Shown piece by piece: positions 1 to 8,986 of a stretch of DNA of 44,766 nucleotides. Source of the DNA: a virus. Lineage: Duplodnaviria > Heunggongvirae > Uroviricota > Caudoviricetes. The number at the start of each line of letters is the position of its first letter. Positions within the stretch are counted from its first letter, which is position 1. The position numbers were made by a program, and so were the translations under genes. The notes beneath the pieces are model-generated. The model worked only from the letters and a program-made list of their open reading frames with translations. It searched no databases and had not been told where the DNA came from. The stretch lies in IMG/VR virus record IMGVR_UViG_2627854066_000006; one strand, 5' to 3'.

Positions 1-798
1 TTAATGAACATTCGTCGCCGAAAACGAGTCTGTATCATTAGCGTGATGCAGTCTCTGCAAAGGATCTTGTTGATAAAATTGACAGAAACGTTGCCACAAT
101 GAAGGGAAACGAGGAGCAAAAAGTTCTGGGGCGCTAAAGAAATATTCAGAAAGTACGGCAAAACATTCAGCAGGATCACTGGCAGCATAAGCATCAATGC
201 TCGCCGCATTCTCACCAACTAATTCGATTTCTTCCTGAATGTTGTTCATTGCAGCATGAAGATCGTGTTCCCAGCCAGCAACCTCACGCAACGAAATAAA
301 GGGAACTCCGCTGGCGCGATCGCCGTTACGGGTGTCCAGCTTATGAGCGACTTCATGAATAATCAGGTTAAAACCAGATGCATCAAAAGAATCTTGTATA
401 TCCAACCAGTTCAAAACGATAGGCCCTTGCTGCCAGCTCTGACCTGACTGAACAATACGTTGGTTATGCACCAGACCGATATCGTCTTCCCATTCATCAT
501 CGACCACAAATGGCGCAGGATAAATTAAGACTTCATGAAAACCATCCAGCCATTCCAGTCCTAACTCCAGAACGGGCAGGCAAAATAGAAGTGCTATCCG
601 GCAGCTTCTTAATGAATCCAGTTCAAAGCCCTGTAAAGGAACAAGCCGCTTTTGCTGTAAAAAACGTTCGGCAAGAGTGACTAATTTGCTTTGTTCCTGT
701 TCCGTCAGACCCGTTAAAAGGGGGATCGATAGTGCTTCCTGCCAGGGAAGGGCAGTTTGATGTGCTGATTCTTGTACTTTCCAGGGCCACTTAATCAT
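1..798 (-). CDS. mtfA: Mlc titration factor MtfA (host gene flanking the prophage)
   Basis: ORF 1..837 (-); product from [24 protein letters not shown] matches recalled E. coli MtfA/YeeI. Start set at the internal Met (MIKWPWK). Divergent from serU as in E. coli. Confidence 0.88.
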   Translation of the reverse strand: MIKWPWKVQESAHQTALPWQEALSIPLLTGLTEQEQSKLVTLAERFLQQKRLVPLQGFELDSLRSCRIALLFCLPVLELGLEWLDGFHEVLIYPAPFVVDDEWEDDIGLVHNQRIVQSGQSWQQGPIVLNWLDIQDSFDASGFNLIIHEVAHKLDTRNGDRASGVPFISLREVAGWEHDLHAAMNNIQEEIELVGENAASIDAYAASDPAECFAVLSEYFFSAPELFAPRFPSLWQRFCQFYQQDPLQRLHHANDTDSFSATNVH

Positions 799-891
799 CG
801 TTTTGCTCGCAAACTCGTCACTTGAACAAAATTGCACGGACAGGGACTGTTAAAATGCCAAATTTCCTGACATCATGGCAACCATCTGAAC

Positions 892-981
892 GGAGAGATG
901 CCGGAGCGGCTGAACGGACCGGTCTCGAAAACCGGAGTGGGGGCAACTCCACCGGGGGTTCAAATCCCCCTCTCTCCGCCA
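892..981 (+). tRNA. serU: tRNA-Ser, anticodon CGA, long variable arm, 3' CCA encoded
   Basis: GGAGAGATGCCGGAGCGGCTGAACGGACCGGTCTCGAAAACCGGAGTGGGGGCAACTCCACCGGGGGTTCAAATCCCCCTCTCTCCGCCA: acceptor stem pairs with the 3' end, anticodon loop CUCGAAA, class II variable arm. Integrase gene lies immediately 3'. Confidence 0.9.
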
Positions 982-1033
982 AAATTCAATCACTTACACA
1001 TCATTAAGTCAGTGACAAAAATCACACTTGGAA

Positions 1034-2059
1034 TTACTTGGAATATTTTCTTGGAATATTTTCAGGTAACGGGACATCAAGTGTTGGTGAAACTTTAACC
1101 TTCCTGTCATAGATTAGCACTTGCCCTTCGGTTTTGTGACCAGAGAAAAGTTGCTTATCCCGGCTGCTTCCTTCATAGTCTGAAATTCCTTTCGCCTTCA
1201 GATCATGAAAGGTGAAGTCGGTTAAAATACCTGAAATTTTTCCAGCACGATTTCTTGCATCTACCCACATTTCGTTAAAGCCTTTGTACATATATCGGTT
1301 GCCGTATTGATTGCTGATCACATAGGCAGATTTTGGTAACTGTTTTGCTTTTTCGATCGCTGCCTGTAATCGTGGACTCCATGCTTTTATCTGTTTTTTT
1401 CCGGTTTTCCCTTGCTGGATGAATATCCCGTTGTTTCCAATCTGTTCCCATTTCAGCGATAACACATCGGAAACCCTCGCTGCACACAGATAGGCAATTT
1501 CCATTGCGATAAAAACAGGAAGAGGTGCAACGCTTAATACTGCCTGGTATTCTTTGTCGGTTACATATCGTTCGCGGTTTTTGGCCTTGAATTTACTTAC
1601 ACCTGCACATGGGTTAGCCTTCACGTACCCTCGCTCATACCCCCAACTGTAAACACGGGACATACTGCTTTTTTCATGGTTGGCTTGCGTTTTACTCTGC
1701 TCCCCTCTTTTGTCCATGTATCGACGGATGTGTTCTGGTTTTATGGAATCCGCTGGTACCTTACCGAATACGGCAAGCAACTTTTTTTGATGTTGCAGAT
1801 AATCTTTTTGTGTTCTTGGACTAAGGTCACTGTAATAGGCGCTGGCGAGGAATTTTTCCCACAAGCGACCGAATGTCATTGCACGATCGCGATTATTTAC
1901 AGTTTCCTCATACTTTTTCCATAAAGCAGCTAAACCATCCTTGATGGCGGTTAGTGTGACAGATTCTCTGGATGTTGGTTTCCATACATAACTATATTTA
2001 TTTGGGTATACATTTGGAGGTAATTTTTCGTGTTCAGGATTTTTCCTTCGTCTTCCCAT
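1034..2059 (-). CDS. int: Phage tyrosine integrase
   Basis: 341-aa ORF next to the tRNA 3' end; C-terminal region (HDLKAKGISDYEG...QLFSGHKTEGQVLIYDRK) resembles tyrosine recombinase catalytic motifs. Classic tRNA-int arrangement. Confidence 0.85.
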   Translation of the reverse strand: MGRRRKNPEHEKLPPNVYPNKYSYVWKPTSRESVTLTAIKDGLAALWKKYEETVNNRDRAMTFGRLWEKFLASAYYSDLSPRTQKDYLQHQKKLLAVFGKVPADSIKPEHIRRYMDKRGEQSKTQANHEKSSMSRVYSWGYERGYVKANPCAGVSKFKAKNRERYVTDKEYQAVLSVAPLPVFIAMEIAYLCAARVSDVLSLKWEQIGNNGIFIQQGKTGKKQIKAWSPRLQAAIEKAKQLPKSAYVISNQYGNRYMYKGFNEMWVDARNRAGKISGILTDFTFHDLKAKGISDYEGSSRDKQLFSGHKTEGQVLIYDRKVKVSPTLDVPLPENIPRKYSK

Positions 2060-2262
2060 CAGATCGCACCAAAATTCGGCTCTACCTCGCGTGGTGGTAA
2101 AGTTTTATTGCAGGTAAATAGATCCCGGCTGACAATCGGTTTGCCACTACGATTGGTATAGAACGGAAGCCCGTTTTCCATTAACCATTTTCGCTGGTGG
2201 CTTGCATATTTGCAGCCCGTTAATATTAGCAATTCATCTTCGGTTAAAAATAAGCTGCTCAT
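2059..2262 (-). CDS. xis: Putative excisionase / recombination directionality factor
   Basis: 67-aa ORF directly upstream of int in the same operon, overlapping the int start. Assigned by position and size only. Confidence 0.5.
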   Translation of the reverse strand: MSSLFLTEDELLILTGCKYASHQRKWLMENGLPFYTNRSGKPIVSRDLFTCNKTLPPREVEPNFGAI

Positions 2263-2320
2263 AGCTATATCTCATAACCGCCGCTAACTATATACGGTTA
2301 GCGGCAATTAGGGTTGAACA

Positions 2321-4762
2321 TTAAAAATCAGCCTGACTCGAGATCAGTTTTTGCCAGATAGCTGAAACGTATTTTGCCTGGTAACGAGCGTCATCAAGTG
2401 CATTATGGCGCTCACCTTCGAATGGAATAGCCGTTCTGGCATCGAAGTCTATGGCTTTCCCCAGCTCAACGATTGTGCGTACATCGCGATCGTTGTAGTA
2501 ACGCCACGGGCAGGGGATCCCCTGCCGTTCGTATGAACGGCGCAAAATCGTGTTGTCGAAGTTGGCTCCATTTCCCCAGACCTGAACAAAAAATTCACCG
2601 GAGTTTTCGTCGATAAATTCCCGCAATTGTAACAGTGCATCATCTAACGGGATTTCATCGGTCATAATGGCAGATTGCGCTTCGCGTGATTGCTTAAGCC
2701 ACCATTTAATGGTGTCCCGATCAATGACTCCGCCAGCAGTTTCCAGATCGATAGTCTTACTAAATTCCGGTCCCATATCTCCGGTTTGCGGATCGAAAAA
2801 TATTGCACCTATTGAGATGATCGGGGCATCAGGATTTTTTCCCATGGTTTCAAGGTCGATCATTAGATGGTCACACGTCCTGCTGGTGGATGTGATTTCG
2901 TGATGACCGGTCACCTTAATTGAGTGATCTGCCGTCTCGCCAGTTTTATTATCGCTGGCGTGATGCTGATTGCCGCCAGGGTTCTCCTTGTGTGGATGTT
3001 CAGCGCCTTCCATTTCCTCCGGATCATTTTCCTGAACTTCAACCTGATTCTCTTCATCGAATGTTTCCTGGTATGTTGCGTCGCCCATCACCGCGCCACA
3101 ATCAGGGCAGTTGCCGCCACCGCTCTGACCGCAGGCGGTGCAGACTTTTTCCGGTTCCTGTTGCGCTACTGGTTCGGATTGTTTCGTTTCTGGCTCGTTT
3201 TGTAACGCATTTGGGCTATTTTGTTCCGCTTTTTGGTCGTTCCGTTCCGATTCATGCTGGTTCTGGTTCACAGAATCGCGAGTCTGGATCCCCTTGACCC
3301 ATTTCGGATCATTAGGGTCGCTAATCCCCTCAACAAATTCACCACGCGATACAGCAAGTAACTTATCGGCGTCAGGCTGGCTGATATTGGCTGCCTGCAT
3401 AATTTTGTTTACTTCGTCAGCGGTGACTTTTACTTGGTTAGCGGAACTCACCTGCGACTGAGCATCCAGCGACTGCGCGTTTTGGCCATGTTCAGTTGTA
3501 TCCGGTTCCATTGTTTCAGTTGTTGCCTGTTCACCTGCCATTGCGTCAGATGGTTGTGGTTTTTCTTCTTCTGTTTCACGCTCAGTAACCACCTCGCGGT
3601 TAATTTCTTCCAGGATATCTTTTTCCGGCGTATGCCGGGCAGCTGTGAGAGTTTCCTTGCTGGGGTTCTCGTGATCAGTTTCCGTCAAATAGGCGTTGAT
3701 ATACCCCTGAAGGCGTCCCGGGTAGTGATAAAATTCAGGGTGTGCGCTTCGGATAAGTGCAAAAATAGCGGCGCGGGAATAGTCCAGAATACCCGGGGTT
3801 GCACGAAGTGCTGCGGACCATTCTTTGAACGGACTTTCTTTGTTCAGGACTACTTCTTTTGCGCGACGATAAACGCTGCCCGGAATTTCATAAATATTAA
3901 AATCCATCGGAAGTGTGGCTGCTGCAATCTCCACATCCAGTGTGTCGAGGGTGTGTACTAAATTCGGATTGCGATCGGTTTTGTTCCCACCGCCAGCATT
4001 AGCACCGGAAGCCGTGCGGGTGATGCGTGAAACACGATTTCCTTTCATCCACTCTTTTGTCAGCAGACCCCGATCAGTGTAGTCAGCGTCCAGGTATGCT
4101 TCGAAAAAAGCAGTTATTAGTCCCAGGTCTGAATTACCAGGATTAGGGAAAACTTTGTCAGTGTCACGAACCAGTTTGTGGAGGTCGCGAATCTCCAGCG
4201 AGTCGAGCAGACTGGTTTTATGCGAAATAGCCAGGGCAGTAACAGCCGGTAGTTCTTCAGCCCGTGCAATGTGTAATGCCTGGAGTTCGTCGCGTGAAAC
4301 GTGCGTTACTGGTTTTTCGCTGCCGTGTTGAGCAAGCCAACGAATGGGCAGTTCCTGACCGGAGACAGGCAGAAGCATGCTCTCCTCAATCTCAGCCATG
4401 TCTTCGCCGTTGATGTTGGTATTGTCAGTGCTGGCTGGTTTGTCCTGAACAGAGGGGGAAGGGCCGATAAATGTCATTGTGATGCCATCTTTCCCGCCTT
4501 TTTCATAGCGGTTGCAGAATTCAGTATCAAACACGCCTTCTGGCGGAAGGTCGTCAACAACGGGCAAATTGACGCGGACGGGTTTTTTAAAGTCGTCTTC
4601 ATCATAATCGTTGTCATCCATTGCGGTAATGCAGCGGGAGATTGCAACAGATAATTTTTTTGCTGTAGTCCAGTAAAAACCACCTTTAATTCCTAGGCGT
4701 TTTCTTACTTTGTCATTTTTTGCTTCGCAATATAGTGCAAATTCTTCTTTATCAGTGCTCAT
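2321..4762 (-). CDS. Putative phage exonuclease (C-terminal DEDD-type 3'-5' exonuclease domain, central CxxC...CxxC zinc ribbon, acidic N-terminal region)
   Basis: 813-aa ORF. C-terminus MIDLETMG...[11 protein letters not shown]...[11 protein letters not shown]...HNALDDARY resembles DnaQ-like exonuclease motifs [20 protein letters not shown] zinc-ribbon motif. Sits where recE/exo sits in lambdoid early-left operons. Confidence 0.65.
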   Translation of the reverse strand: MSTDKEEFALYCEAKNDKVRKRLGIKGGFYWTTAKKLSVAISRCITAMDDNDYDEDDFKKPVRVNLPVVDDLPPEGVFDTEFCNRYEKGGKDGITMTFIGPSPSVQDKPASTDNTNINGEDMAEIEESMLLPVSGQELPIRWLAQHGSEKPVTHVSRDELQALHIARAEELPAVTALAISHKTSLLDSLEIRDLHKLVRDTDKVFPNPGNSDLGLITAFFEAYLDADYTDRGLLTKEWMKGNRVSRITRTASGANAGGGNKTDRNPNLVHTLDTLDVEIAAATLPMDFNIYEIPGSVYRRAKEVVLNKESPFKEWSAALRATPGILDYSRAAIFALIRSAHPEFYHYPGRLQGYINAYLTETDHENPSKETLTAARHTPEKDILEEINREVVTERETEEEKPQPSDAMAGEQATTETMEPDTTEHGQNAQSLDAQSQVSSANQVKVTADEVNKIMQAANISQPDADKLLAVSRGEFVEGISDPNDPKWVKGIQTRDSVNQNQHESERNDQKAEQNSPNALQNEPETKQSEPVAQQEPEKVCTACGQSGGGNCPDCGAVMGDATYQETFDEENQVEVQENDPEEMEGAEHPHKENPGGNQHHASDNKTGETADHSIKVTGHHEITSTSRTCDHLMIDLETMGKNPDAPIISIGAIFFDPQTGDMGPEFSKTIDLETAGGVIDRDTIKWWLKQSREAQSAIMTDEIPLDDALLQLREFIDENSGEFFVQVWGNGANFDNTILRRSYERQGIPCPWRYYNDRDVRTIVELGKAIDFDARTAIPFEGERHNALDDARYQAKYVSAIWQKLISSQADF

Positions 4763-4855
4763 TATTGGTAAACCTCATCACAGATTTAAGGGTGAACAAA
4801 TCTCTGCCATTGCTGACATATAAGAATGAAACTGGATATTTATTACGGTGCTGTT

Positions 4856-5047
4856 TTAAAGACCTGCCGGGATTTCGTTATTATCCTGGTGAATAACTTT
4901 ATCGACCGGATAACAGTTGCCTGGAATTTTCTGTTCGGTTGCTGCTGCCATACATTCCTGCATTGTTCTGTGAACACTGACTGCAATATCAACTGGCTCT
5001 CCGGAAACAAGAAAAACCGTCAGAATAAGTGCAAATACTGGATTCAT
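4856..5047 (-). CDS. ydfD: YdfD-like small protein with N-terminal hydrophobic segment (Qin ydfD homolog, reported lytic when overexpressed)
   Basis: 63 aa from internal Met MNPVFALILTVFLVSGEPVDIAV...; ATGA overlap with the dicB stop. Matches recalled K-12 YdfD size and position. Confidence 0.6.
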   Translation of the reverse strand: MNPVFALILTVFLVSGEPVDIAVSVHRTMQECMAAATEQKIPGNCYPVDKVIHQDNNEIPAGL

Positions 5048-5232
5048 TGTGCACATCCTTTTGGCATCAGACGTAAACGGGCCAGCATTGAAACAATGCA
5101 TACTTTATTTAATAACTCCCGTTCGTGTTTTCTTTTGTTAATGGCATCTTCAGTAAATACAGGATTACTGATAGTGACACCAATTTCAAAACAACCTTCA
5201 GACGTATTAACGTTTGGTAATAACGTTTTCAT
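5044..5232 (-). CDS. dicB: Cell division inhibitor DicB
   Basis: 62 aa MKTLLPNVNTSEGCFEIGVTISNPVFTEDAINKRK...CIVSMLARLRLMPKGCAQ, matching recalled K-12 DicB almost residue for residue. Located downstream of dicF as in Qin. Confidence 0.8.
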   Translation of the reverse strand: MKTLLPNVNTSEGCFEIGVTISNPVFTEDAINKRKHERELLNKVCIVSMLARLRLMPKGCAQ

Positions 5233-5401
5233 TATCGCGCCCTCAACAATGAGTTTTGTGATGCGGTGCCTGGTGCCTCCAGGTGACGTTAACCAGTTAA
5301 CAATTAACGCCGGATACAGAGAATCCACCCATAACACTGTTTTTGGTTTTAACTGTTCCGCGTGCGCTTAGCCGCATTCACCGCATCACAAAATTCACTT
5401 T

Positions 5402-5459
5402 AAAAAGGGCGGCAGAGCAGTCACGGAGTAAAACTGATACCGCCAAACGTCACCAGAAA
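5402..5459 (-). ncRNA. dicF: DicF small RNA (ftsZ-targeting sRNA of the dicB operon)
   Basis: Minus-strand sequence TTTCTGGTGACGTTTGGCGGTATCAGTTTTACTCCGTGACTGCTCTGCCGCCCTTTTT matches recalled dicF and ends in a GC hairpin plus U-run. Lies between ydfC and dicB. Ends approximate. Confidence 0.75.
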
Positions 5460-5799
5460 ATTGATAACAGAGGGCGTTGCAGCGGGGTTGTCACTTAAGC
5501 GTATGGTCAACCTGACAACCAGGTGTCCTCAACGGGGAAGGAATAACCCCGCCATACTTACCGCCGCGCCATTTCGCGGAGTGCCACAACCGGAAGCGCA
5601 CGGCCGACGAAAATTTAACGACAGGCTATCTATGAACCAGCTACCTCGCCGTGCGCTTTCGCGTTATGGTCTGACTTTTCATGGAAATATCCTTTCAGTA
5701 AACTGTCAGTGCCGGATGCTCACCCGTGTCCGGCGCACGCACTCCACCTCACCCGTGGAGAACTCCTTAATTACCAACCTTAGCTTCGTTGGTTAGCTA

Positions 5800-6018
5800 T
5801 TAACGCGGGTATGTAATCATTCTGGCAATGCTTAATGCCGCTGCTTTTTCCAGCCTGGTGATATCCTGCTCCAGAGCGGACAGATTTTCAGCCTGCTTAG
5901 CCCTGGCTTCATTGGCCCATTTCAGATCCTGCGCTGCATTAATTTTCTGGCGCATCCACTCATAAAGTTCATCATCGGTATAATCTGGCGCGATGATGAC
6001 GGGTTCTCGTTTCTGCAT
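5800..6018 (-). CDS. ydfC: YdfC-like small protein
   Basis: 72-aa ORF MQKREPVIIAPDYTDDELYEWMRQK... with GAGGA RBS 7 nt upstream; position matches Qin ydfC. Confidence 0.6.
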   Translation of the reverse strand: MQKREPVIIAPDYTDDELYEWMRQKINAAQDLKWANEARAKQAENLSALEQDITRLEKAAALSIARMITYPR

Positions 6019-6047
6019 ACTGATTCCTCGCGGTGTTGCTTCGCTTA

Positions 6048-6176
6048 TCAGCCGTTAGATTTTGCCGAGCTGGAAAGCGCCTGTTTAAACTCACTGAAGC
6101 TGAGAGCTTCTTCGCCTTCGGCAAGGCCTTCGAAGTATTCTTCGTAAGCCTTTTCCATGATTGTGTCGAAATCCAT
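6048..6176 (-). CDS. ydfB: YdfB-like small protein (42 aa)
   Basis: Hand-translated (below the 60-aa track cutoff): MDFDTIMEKAYEEYFEGLAEGEEALSFSEFKQALSSSAKSNG. AGGTGGG RBS; start 1 nt after the ydfA stop. Confidence 0.5.
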   Translation of the reverse strand: MDFDTIMEKAYEEYFEGLAEGEEALSFSEFKQALSSSAKSNG

Positions 6177-6177
6177 A

Positions 6178-6333
6178 TCACCCACCTGAATTTCTTTCCA
6201 GCCAGCGACGCGCTCCAGATTCGGTTTTAAACGTTTTGCTTTTGGTATACGTCATTGCGGTGAACGTACCGTCCTGGTTGGGGAACACGCCACATACCAG
6301 AGATTCGCTGTTGCCAAGATTGATAGTATCCAT
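6178..6333 (-). CDS. ydfA: YdfA-like small protein (51 aa)
   Basis: From the internal Met of ORF 6178..6414: MDTINLGNSESLVCGVFPNQDGTFTAMTYTKSKTFKTESGARRWLERNSGG. GAGGT RBS. First gene of the ydfABC-dicF-dicB-ydfD operon. Confidence 0.6.
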   Translation of the reverse strand: MDTINLGNSESLVCGVFPNQDGTFTAMTYTKSKTFKTESGARRWLERNSGG

Positions 6334-6512
6334 GCTGACCTCATTTCCCCTTAACGCCGGGGTAGCGGAACAAAAACCTGCTGCATAGTTATTAAAGTTG
6401 AACCCTGCCGTCATGTTCTTACGCCTCGGGCTGGCTACTTAACCCCTGACCACTGCCTGGTAACTCGAAGTATTGCCCTGCATTCTGTGGGGCGGGGGGG
6501 GGCAGGCATATA

Positions 6513-6553
6513 ATGTACTTTGCGTTCATTGTTGTAAAGTACTTTTAGTACAT
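6513..6553. promoter_or_regulatory. Operator-like palindrome upstream of the ydfA-dicB operon
   Basis: ATGTACT (6513-6519) and its reverse complement AGTACAT (6547-6553), with inner GTACTTT / AAAGTAC repeats. Same ATGTACT core as the repressor/cro intergenic region. Confidence 0.35.
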
Positions 6554-6628
6554 TCTGTGTGTAAAAAAATGAGATGGGATAAAGTGAAGCACAAACCCGG
6601 AGGAAGGCGCTACCGGATTTATGCTGGT

Positions 6629-7048
6629 TTAAGAGGCTTTTTGTTTTTTCTTTCGTGCTAACTCTTCGTAAATTGCATTGTACTTCTGTTTTTTCTCTTC
6701 AAGAGTTTTTAAAAGTTCATCTGTCTCACTGTCAGGGAGCTCGTCCAGAAGGTCAATGATGATTTTTTGTCTTGGATTTAACTCCTGATAGAAACGTACC
6801 TGTCCACTTTCTTCTGTATCCTCTCCCAAAAGATAGGTTGGTGTTGTTCCTATTAGTGTTGCTAATTCCCTTAATTTCTCCCGGCGAGGAATTGTTTCGC
6901 CATTAAACCATTTGCTAACCGCTTTTGGTGTTAATTTCATTCGACGGGCAATTTCTGCCTGCCTTCCATGTTGTTCATAACCAGCGTTTTCACAGGCTAG
7001 CGCAAGCCTACTGGCGAACTCTTTACGCGCTTTATCTTCATGAACCAT
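6629..7048 (-). CDS. DicA-like HTH repressor (XRE family, no S24 peptidase domain)
   Basis: 139 aa; HTH segment QAEIARRMKLTPKAVSKWFNGE; C-terminal IIIDLLDELPDSETDELLKTLEEKKQKYNAIYEEL resembles recalled DicA LLELFNALPESEQDTQLAEMRARVKNFNKLFEEL. Divergent from the cro-like gene. Confidence 0.8.
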   Translation of the reverse strand: MVHEDKARKEFASRLALACENAGYEQHGRQAEIARRMKLTPKAVSKWFNGETIPRREKLRELATLIGTTPTYLLGEDTEESGQVRFYQELNPRQKIIIDLLDELPDSETDELLKTLEEKKQKYNAIYEELARKKKQKAS

Positions 7049-7072
7049 AAGTTCAATGATATTCGCTCTTGA

Positions 7073-7111
7073 ATGTACTGTCAGTTCTGTTATAGCATGT
7101 ACTCAAAGTTC
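7073..7111. promoter_or_regulatory. Candidate operators in the divergent repressor/cro promoter region
   Basis: Two 15-bp direct repeats, ATGTACTGTCAGTTC (7073-7087) and ATGTACTCAAAGTTC (7097-7111), in the 79-bp gap between the divergent genes. Confidence 0.4.
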
Positions 7112-7127
7112 ACATTGTGAGGGTGAT

Positions 7128-7382
7128 ATGAACCAGAAAACACTTGAAGATGTAATCAAAACTGTTCGCGTTGCTGTTGTGGCCGACGTTTGTGGTGTCA
7201 GCCAAAGAGCAATCTATAAATGGATGGATAACGGAAAATTGCCTCGCACAGAATATACCGGCGAAACAAATTACGCTGAAAAAATCGCTCTTGCATCAAA
7301 CGGATTATTTTCTGCCGATGCAATTTTAACTATTGGCAGGAATAAAACTACTACGAAAAAGCTGATGGGAGTTGATTCATGA
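7128..7382 (+). CDS. Cro-like / YdaS-DicC-like HTH regulator
   Basis: 84 aa from MNQKTLEDVIKTVRVAVVADVCGVSQRAIYKWMDNGKLP; GAGGGTGAT RBS; divergent from the repressor. Confidence 0.7.
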   Translation: MNQKTLEDVIKTVRVAVVADVCGVSQRAIYKWMDNGKLPRTEYTGETNYAEKIALASNGLFSADAILTIGRNKTTTKKLMGVDS

Positions 7383-7804
7383 AAATCAAGCATGAACACA
7401 TCCGCATGGCGATGAATGCCTGGGCGCATCCGGACGGCGAAAAAGTACCGGCTGCGAAAATTACCAAAGCGTATTTCGAGCTGGGAATGACGTTCCCGGA
7501 ACTGTATGACGACAGCCATCCGGAAGCCTTGGCTCGCAATACCCAGAAAATTTTCCGCTGGGTAGAGAAAGACACCCCTGATGCAGTTGAAAAAATTCAG
7601 GCGTTGTTACCAGCGATCGAAAAGGCAATGCCACCTTTGCTGGTGGCCAGAATGCGCAGCCACAGTTCAGCTTATTTTCGGGAGCTGGTGGAGACGCGGG
7701 AGCGATTGGTGAGAGACGCTGATGATTTTGTCGCAGTGGCAATCGCCGGTTTCAATCAGATGAACCGTGGTGGCCCGGCAGGAAATGCTGTGGCAGTACA
7801 TTGA
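7379..7804 (+). CDS. YdaT-like (CII-like) regulatory protein
   Basis: 141 aa; ATGA overlap with the cro-like gene; resembles Rac YdaT in size and position (MKIKHEHIRMAMNAWAHPDGEK...). Confidence 0.6.
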   Translation: MKIKHEHIRMAMNAWAHPDGEKVPAAKITKAYFELGMTFPELYDDSHPEALARNTQKIFRWVEKDTPDAVEKIQALLPAIEKAMPPLLVARMRSHSSAYFRELVETRERLVRDADDFVAVAIAGFNQMNRGGPAGNAVAVH

Positions 7805-7875
7805 CTGACAATAGCCATATCGAATCGCTTCCGGCAACTCGTGAGTAAAAAGATTCGGTATCAGAAGAGGTGAGT

Positions 7876-8946
7876 ATGGCTAACGCCTGGCTCAGATTAT
7901 GGCATGACATGCCAAATGACCCTAAGTGGCGAACAATTGCCAGGGTGTCAGGGCAGCCAATTGCAACAGTGATGGCAGTGTATATCCACCTCCTGGTGAG
8001 CGCGTCACGAAATGTCACGCGAGGTCACATTGATGTCACGACAGAAGATTTGGCAAGTGCGCTCGACGTGACAGAAGAGGTAATTGATTCAATTTTGCAG
8101 ACGATGCAGGGGCGGGTACTTGATGGTGATTTAATCACTGGATGGGAAAAACGCCAGGTGCTTAAAGAGGACAACGGCAATATTTCGCAAACCGCAAAAT
8201 CTCCTGCAGAGCGCAAGAGGGCGCAGCGAGAGAGGGAAAGAAAGCAGGAACAAAATGGCGATTGTCACGGCGCGTCACGAAATGTCACGCACATGTCACG
8301 ACGAGTCACGACAGATAAAGATACAGATAAAGATACAGATCAAGAAGATCAAAACACTATGGTCCATGGCGTAAAAAACGCCACGAACCAGGCAGGGGAT
8401 GTTCAGACCGTCAATCCTGGTCAGCCAGCAGGCACGACACCGGAAGCCGATTCAGCGTATGCGCTGAAAGCCGATTCGGGCGCTGTGCAGCAGGTGATGA
8501 CCGCAAGGCCGGAGCAATCACACCAACTGCAGCAGCCTGAAGCCGATTCCGCCATTCAGCGGGAAGCCGATCGGGTAGTCCCGGAAAACACCGGGCAGCC
8601 TGTGGGACGAGTAGATTATCCGGATGTGTTCGAACAGGTCTGGCGGGAATACCCGTTGCGTGCTGGGGCAAACCCGAAGAAATCCGCTTTCAGTGCCTGG
8701 AAGGCCAGATTACGCGAGGGGGTGCCACCAGAGGCCATGCTGGATGGTGTGAGGCGTTACGCAAGATACCTGGCGGCTACCGGGAAAACGGGAACGGAAT
8801 TTGTTCAGCGAGCGACGACGTTTTTTGGACCGGACCGGAATTTTGAGAACCCTTGGTTGCTCCCGGTAAGCGGCACGAACAACCAGCGTTGTGTGAATCA
8901 TATTTCTGAACCGGATAACGAAATTCCGCCGGGCTTCAGGGGGTAA
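7876..8946 (+). CDS. Phage replication initiation protein (lambda O-like organisation, internal origin)
   Basis: N-terminus MANAWLRLWHDMPNDPKWRTIARVSG; repeat-rich linker (DKDTDKDTD, EADSA repeats); iteron clusters inside the gene. No P/DnaC-like loader gene follows. Confidence 0.65.
   Translation: MANAWLRLWHDMPNDPKWRTIARVSGQPIATVMAVYIHLLVSASRNVTRGHIDVTTEDLASALDVTEEVIDSILQTMQGRVLDGDLITGWEKRQVLKEDNGNISQTAKSPAERKRAQRERERKQEQNGDCHGASRNVTHMSRRVTTDKDTDKDTDQEDQNTMVHGVKNATNQAGDVQTVNPGQPAGTTPEADSAYALKADSGAVQQVMTARPEQSHQLQQPEADSAIQREADRVVPENTGQPVGRVDYPDVFEQVWREYPLRAGANPKKSAFSAWKARLREGVPPEAMLDGVRRYARYLAATGKTGTEFVQRATTFFGPDRNFENPWLLPVSGTNNQRCVNHISEPDNEIPPGFRG
8004..8310. repeat. Iteron arrays (GTCAC[G/A], 10-11 bp phasing) inside the replication gene; putative ori
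   Basis: Four copies at about 8004, 8014, 8024, 8035 and five at about 8264, 8274, 8284, 8295, 8305, followed by AT-rich tandem AGATAAAGATAC repeats (8311-8350). Confidence 0.6.
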
Positions 8947-8986
8947 GTGTTAATTTCTGGTCATGAGGTAATTTTCAGGAGGGCTT

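Noticed and set aside
2449-3961. Several 60-175 aa ORFs overlapping the exonuclease gene on both strands
   Set aside because: Nested within the 813-aa frame; Cys/Phe-rich or low-complexity with no RBS; the long frame explains the region.
5461-5796. 111-aa plus-strand ORF between dicB and ydfC
   Set aside because: Arg-rich, no RBS, and begins in the region antisense to dicF; this stretch is better explained as the dicF precursor region.
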